A DNA stretch of 37,668 nt. Origin: Nemertoderma westbladi. Its lineage: Eukaryota > Animalia > Xenacoelomorpha. Positions within the stretch are counted from its first letter, which is position 1. The number at the start of each line of letters is the position of its first letter. Below, one piece after another: positions 33,035-37,668 of the stretch. Under the pieces are notes generated by a model that was given only the letters and a program-made list of their open reading frames with translations, had not been told where the DNA came from and searched no databases. Both the position numbers and the translations under genes were made by a program. Location of the stretch: positions 1 to 37,668 of the forward strand of contig JAUCBJ010001951.1 in NCBI GenBank assembly GCA_032718475.1, read 5' to 3'.

Positions 33035-33515
33035 ACTACTACTAGGATCGGCATGCTGCATTGCAGCTGCATTTTTAAGAATGCTGTGCCGGCTTATCGA
33101 CAAAATTGCGCCGCCACAACTCCCTATCACCCATGACATTTGCTAGATCATCCGCATCTTCAAGGCCAGTGTCCTTTAAGATGCGTCTCAAGAAAGTCAT
33201 GGGCTGTCCACCATGCTTACTCACTCTATGAGGCTGCCAAAGTACAAGATTATGCACTGGCTGGTCCTCATGGCGAAAGCAATGTCCTGCAAAGCGGAGG
33301 CGATTTTGTTCTAGTGTCAAGCTTGGGGGAACCAATGAGACACCACTAATGTTATATAGTGTCTGGTTGGAGATGTGTGCATTGTACTTGACACAATGAA
33401 CCCGGCGTAGCATTCTTGTGAATGTGCCATCCAGAGATTTGGTGTCCTCAGCAGTTAGAGCCCAGCATGGACTCCCATAGAGGAGTATTGGAACTACTGC
33501 TGCTCTAAATAATAA
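33035..33515 (-). mobile_element. 5'-truncated copy of the second RTE-like family
   Basis: LFRAAVVPILLYGSPCWALT...RLRFAGHCFRH...VLWQP; (TAG)n tail at about 33035. Confidence 0.85.
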
Positions 33516-35059
33516 CCACAATTTTATAAACCTTGCCAATGAAATCAGCACATTATTCAGTAGCCAAACTATACGGCCAAATTACCACTTTTGGCTATTG
33601 AAAATTTCGAGCTACTTGTAATTTTGGTGCTCTTTTAGTGTCTATTATAAAATAAACAATGACGATTTTATTCTAATTTCGCTTTCGATTACTAATAATT
33701 AATTCGACTAACCAAAAAAGCATAATATGGTTTAATGGTTATACCAAAGTCTTGAAAGGTGATGCATTTTGAGTAATTTTATCAATTCCCAAAGGTTCCG
33801 AAATGGTATGGGTGCCAGGAACTCCTCATCCATTTCCTCTTCATTCAATTTTTATTTGTCTCATCTGAAAGAGGACATAATTTTAGTTAGGGCCAAGTAC
33901 TTTCGACGCGCTAGCCATATTGTTTCAGGGATTCTATCTAAGAAAAATAACTGGCCCACTAAATTTAGCAGCTAAGCCCGCCTATTTTATTCAGTATTAT
34001 AATATATTAGTAATATATACTTCAACAATACTCTATTCCACATGCAATCCGACACGATATATTACTGGATATGTTTCAGCCAGAAATAAACACATAACTA
34101 AAACTAGATCCCTTATTCTCACAACGAACAGGCTGTATACTATTTAGCCCACCTACTACTACATACCTGTTACTGTTGCACTTGGTGTTACTGATTAAAT
34201 TGGATTAATTAATATTAATATTTTATTTGCAATTTGCTAGACCATAATATTTTCCAACGATCCGGCCTTTATTATAATATAGTGAAAGGGTCATTCCACG
34301 TCAAATCATCCAGATATTTTTGATTTTGTAACCCTAGGTCATGGATTTTGATGAAAGTTTCACCAAATGAAAAACCCCAAAATTTCAGCTCCTGGCATCC
34401 ACTGGTTCAAAAGTTATGGCTCGTCAAGGTTTCGTCTCTGTATCACATTTGGTGAAAGAATTGATCAATCGCGATAGATGCGTAGATGTCATTTTTCCCA
34501 TTTACAGCTATAATCATTGCAAATAGATGTCAAAATTGTTCATGCTGGGGTTATTTGGTGGTGTTGAACACGAATCTGACATCAACATTTTGATTGGGAG
34601 ACCCTATTGTTTATATTTCCTCAACTTTTGATAATGACGAGTGGTGACAGACTAAATATTTTTGACTTCTAATTTCCTCATTTAGCTGAATATCTTTGAG
34701 CTAGATATTATCAGTGTAGATGTCTGATATACTAAATTGTATATATCAAATTGTATGTAACATACTTGAAGGTCATGATTTATCACGGTTTCATTAAATA
34801 TCATATTATCGCGATCGCTTCATTCGGAGCGAGGGCTAATCAGGGGGGTTGTTAGGTCATAACATAACATATAGTGGCAATTGACACAAAAGTTCGGTAT
34901 CTATATGAAACTAATGAAAAAAACAACAAAAGTCTAGTAAGGTGCACTCTACCTCTTCTTTTTTGGAGACGACTTATTACTGCGATGATCAATATAGCCT
35001 TTTCAGCACAATAACATTATAGATGCACTTCTAGAGGTCTTATCGAGATGAATTTATTG

Positions 35060-35512
35060 AATTCTCATTCAAACCGCAATGGTCGATTTAGTGGGTGCAG
35101 ACACCTTCAAAACTAGATTTCAGTGAATAGTTATAACAATGAATAATAATGCCCTAACAGAGAAATTAACGCTTCAATGTGAAATAGGCACATAACTAAA
35201 CGAATTGTTCTAATTATTCCACTGGATCAGGAATAGGCCCATTGGAACCACAACGATAGATATAGAATGTATAGATAGATACTGTACCTCCATAATAGTA
35301 GTAGAGTGACTAGTTCTTGAGATATTGTACAAACAGGGTTATCATGTTAAAGTGATGTTTAATCAAAGGAATGCATTTTGAGAGCAGGACTGTACATCGA
35401 TGTATGAATATCCACTAAAAATGATACTTCTAATTATACCACTTGGTCAAGAATGGACTCATTGAAACCACAATGATCGATTTAGTTAGTGTGGACACCT
35501 TCAAATCAGGAG
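35060..35512 (+). repeat. Degenerate repeats of a CATT(C/G)AAACC(A/G)CAATG...GATTTAGT...GACACCTTCAAA motif
   Basis: Copies near 35064 and 35458, with a partial copy near 35238. Confidence 0.55.
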
Positions 35513-36314
35513 TGAATGATCAATGAAGATATTGCATGAAAGGTTCAGGCCTATTGAACCCAACCATTTGAGTTTCAACGTGATATACTGATGATATAAG
35601 CAGCAACTTGGTATAGTGGTGACATTCCTGGGCTTCCATAGATGGGGCAGCACTGTTTGGGCACAGTGCTTTAAATGTTGCAACCTAGCCCAACCCTAGC
35701 TTTCATCCTTCAGTAGTCGATAAATGGGAACCAAGGCAACTTGGGAAACAGAGTGGAAGGGTTTACTGTGAAAGATCACAGATGCGTTCAATAGGCGAAG
35801 CCAGGTATGGTTTTGGTTTATAGGAATATAGTCTACGCAGTACTCGTCCTCATGAGCCCGAGTTATAGTGTGGCAATGTAGATGCAGCAGTTGCACCCGA
35901 CCAGCCGGAAACTCGGAGCAATAGGCCTACTGCTTGTACTATGCGTGTCAATTTCAACACCGCCGGGCACTGGTTGATGGCAGAGTAAGATTAAAAAACC
36001 GGATTATTTCATCCTCGGTTACGGTTAGTCTATTTTGCCCATAGCGGCAGTGATACCGAAAGTCGAGGTCAACAGACAGAGGCGGCATTGGTGGTGAGTT
36101 GTTTGATTTCAATTCCAACACTTCTCTGGGCAGCTGGGTAGACTCTGGTAGTGGGTACCTGAACTTAGAATGCCGGTCAGCTGGTTAGTCCGCATACCTT
36201 CCATGGTTGCAGTTGCTGAGTCGATGGATGGTTGGTAGGGGTAGGGGTAGACCTATTGCTATTGTTGTATTGGTAGATTGGTATGTACATCTACATCTGA
36301 TTATACCAGTTGCT

Positions 36315-36790
36315 GCCTGAAAAGGACTCGGAAACAAACAGACAAGGAGGTCTCGCAGTGGGAAGGAGACCGGGAAGACTTGGGACTGCCTGCGTGGTGC
36401 GCTAGATCGCTGTGCGTAGTACGAGCCTGAAAAGGACTCGGAAGCAATCGGCATAGTGCTCCGCAAAGGACCAACACTGATGGAGCGAGGTTTGTGATCT
36501 ACGTGTGATTACGAGCCTGAAAAGGACTTGGAACGCAACGGAAATCACTCTCCTCTGCTCGCACCGACGTTCTATGACTTACAGAGAGGATTATGGTCTA
36601 CAAAGTTATTACAAGCCTGAAAAGGACTCGGAATGCAATTTGAAAACCATATTTCCTCGCTTGACTGACAGACATCGATGGATGAGTGGTTAGTAGTCTA
36701 TGGAGCTATTACGAGCCTGAAACGGACTCGGAATGTGACGGAAAACTGCTTCCTCTCACCAGACACTATGGATATTAATGGACGGAGCGA
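36315..36790. repeat. Array of five conserved hairpin repeats separated by divergent spacers
   Basis: GCCTGAAA(A/C)GGACT(C/T)GGAA starts at 36315, 36425, 36515, 36615 and 36715. Confidence 0.9.
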
Positions 36791-37668
36791 TCGGCGGTGG
36801 ACGGATACATAAGTGTATTCTAATTATTTGGTGTGTGGGAGCCCAAAATTATTTAGAATCAGTTCATCTACAAGGAATCAGTTAGCAGTGAATAATTACC
36901 ATTCAATCCAAACTATTCTTTTCGACGATCTGCATTACAAATCCCAAGTTACCCCAACACCAATAATTCCGGTGAATAGTATTTCGGGATCTAGCGCAAC
37001 CCCCGGGAATTTACATCGGCGTCAATTCCCTGTTCTGGAACCGACGGCAACACTAGAGACACAATAGTTGTCGTTAAAAGTAAAAACTGACGTTTAGAAT
37101 GAAATCAGCGACCAGGAAAATCCCATAACATAACTTTTAGCAAGAAAGATTGCTTTCAGACAGACGGACAGTTTTCACTGACACTTACACAGAGTAAGGT
37201 TAACATTATCACTCCTTTGAACTACATTAGCTATTAACAAACAGTTTGAAATCCCCATAAAAATCTACACAATGGGAATAAAAATGGAAAATCGATTTTT
37301 TTTTGAATTAGTACTACTTAGACTACTACGTAGAATTAGCTATTTAGCTATTAGCTATTTGCGCGAGGAAAATAGCCTTCAACCAAATCAGAGCCGTGGC
37401 TGCACGCTACGTGCCACGCTATATATTTCATATAATTATATTTTATATATTCGCTTTTTCCAACTCAAAGGCATGTCCACATACTTAGTAACTTAAAGTA
37501 AGGATACAAATTGAAAGTCGTCAAAAATTCAACGCATTGTCTATGCGCCTAGGAGTCATATAGTAATAATTAAAAAAGATCAATTACATTGTAGATAATA
37601 TACAACCAATCAGACGAGCTGTATCATTTCTTTGAATGTAAATTGAGTTAAGTGTTATTTATTATTGT

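Larger units (their letters stand above)
31024..33968. mobile_element. Fold-back DNA transposon remnant with diverged inverted arms of about 360 bp (31024-31390 / 33610-33968) and nested insertions
   Basis: TAGTGGGCCAGTTATTT...GATAGAATCCCTGAAACAATATG recurs reverse-complemented at 33915-33962. Internal CAAGTAG subrepeats. Confidence 0.7.

Noticed and set aside
30975-33975. Similar small ORFs at 30975-31232 and 33769-33975 as a gene pair
   Set aside because: They are the arms of an inverted repeat, with indels, non-ATG starts and no recognisable domain.
36315-36733. True CRISPR array
   Set aside because: Eukaryotic context, no cas genes, short repeat, long uneven spacers with residual mutual similarity.
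36315-36733. Hammerhead, HDV-like ribozyme or group II intron domain V
   Set aside because: CTGAAAA breaks the CUGANGA core and GAAA follows only copy 1. I could not build HDV P1/P3 around TCCTCGC. The hairpin is much shorter than domain V.

Overview
Eukaryotic, AT-rich, transposon-dense genomic DNA, probably from an invertebrate animal (inference). The only clear host gene is a two-coding-exon RASL10-like small GTPase on the minus strand (22928-22596 and 12433-12167, about 199 aa, CAAX CTIM). Its 10.2-kb intron is filled with LINE, Copia, Gypsy, MITE and minisatellite DNA. The first 11.5 kb holds a BEL/Pao-type Gag-protease ORF with RT and most of RNase H removed in frame. It is followed by two diverged tandem units of an LTR element (internal-LTR-internal-LTR) whose only cargo is an unrecognised CX2CX16CX2H protein; more copies of that LTR lie inverted at 1-368 and 32321-32760. 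The right half has a tRNA-like repeat inside inverted repeats, a MITE, an RTEX-like LINE and fold-back DNA transposon remains. The least explained feature is at 36.3-36.8 kb: five near-identical hairpin repeats (CGAGCCT-GAAA-AGG-A-CTCG) at 90-110 bp spacing, separated by divergent spacers that each appear able to fold. All calls come from reading the sequence by eye; no searches or alignments were run.
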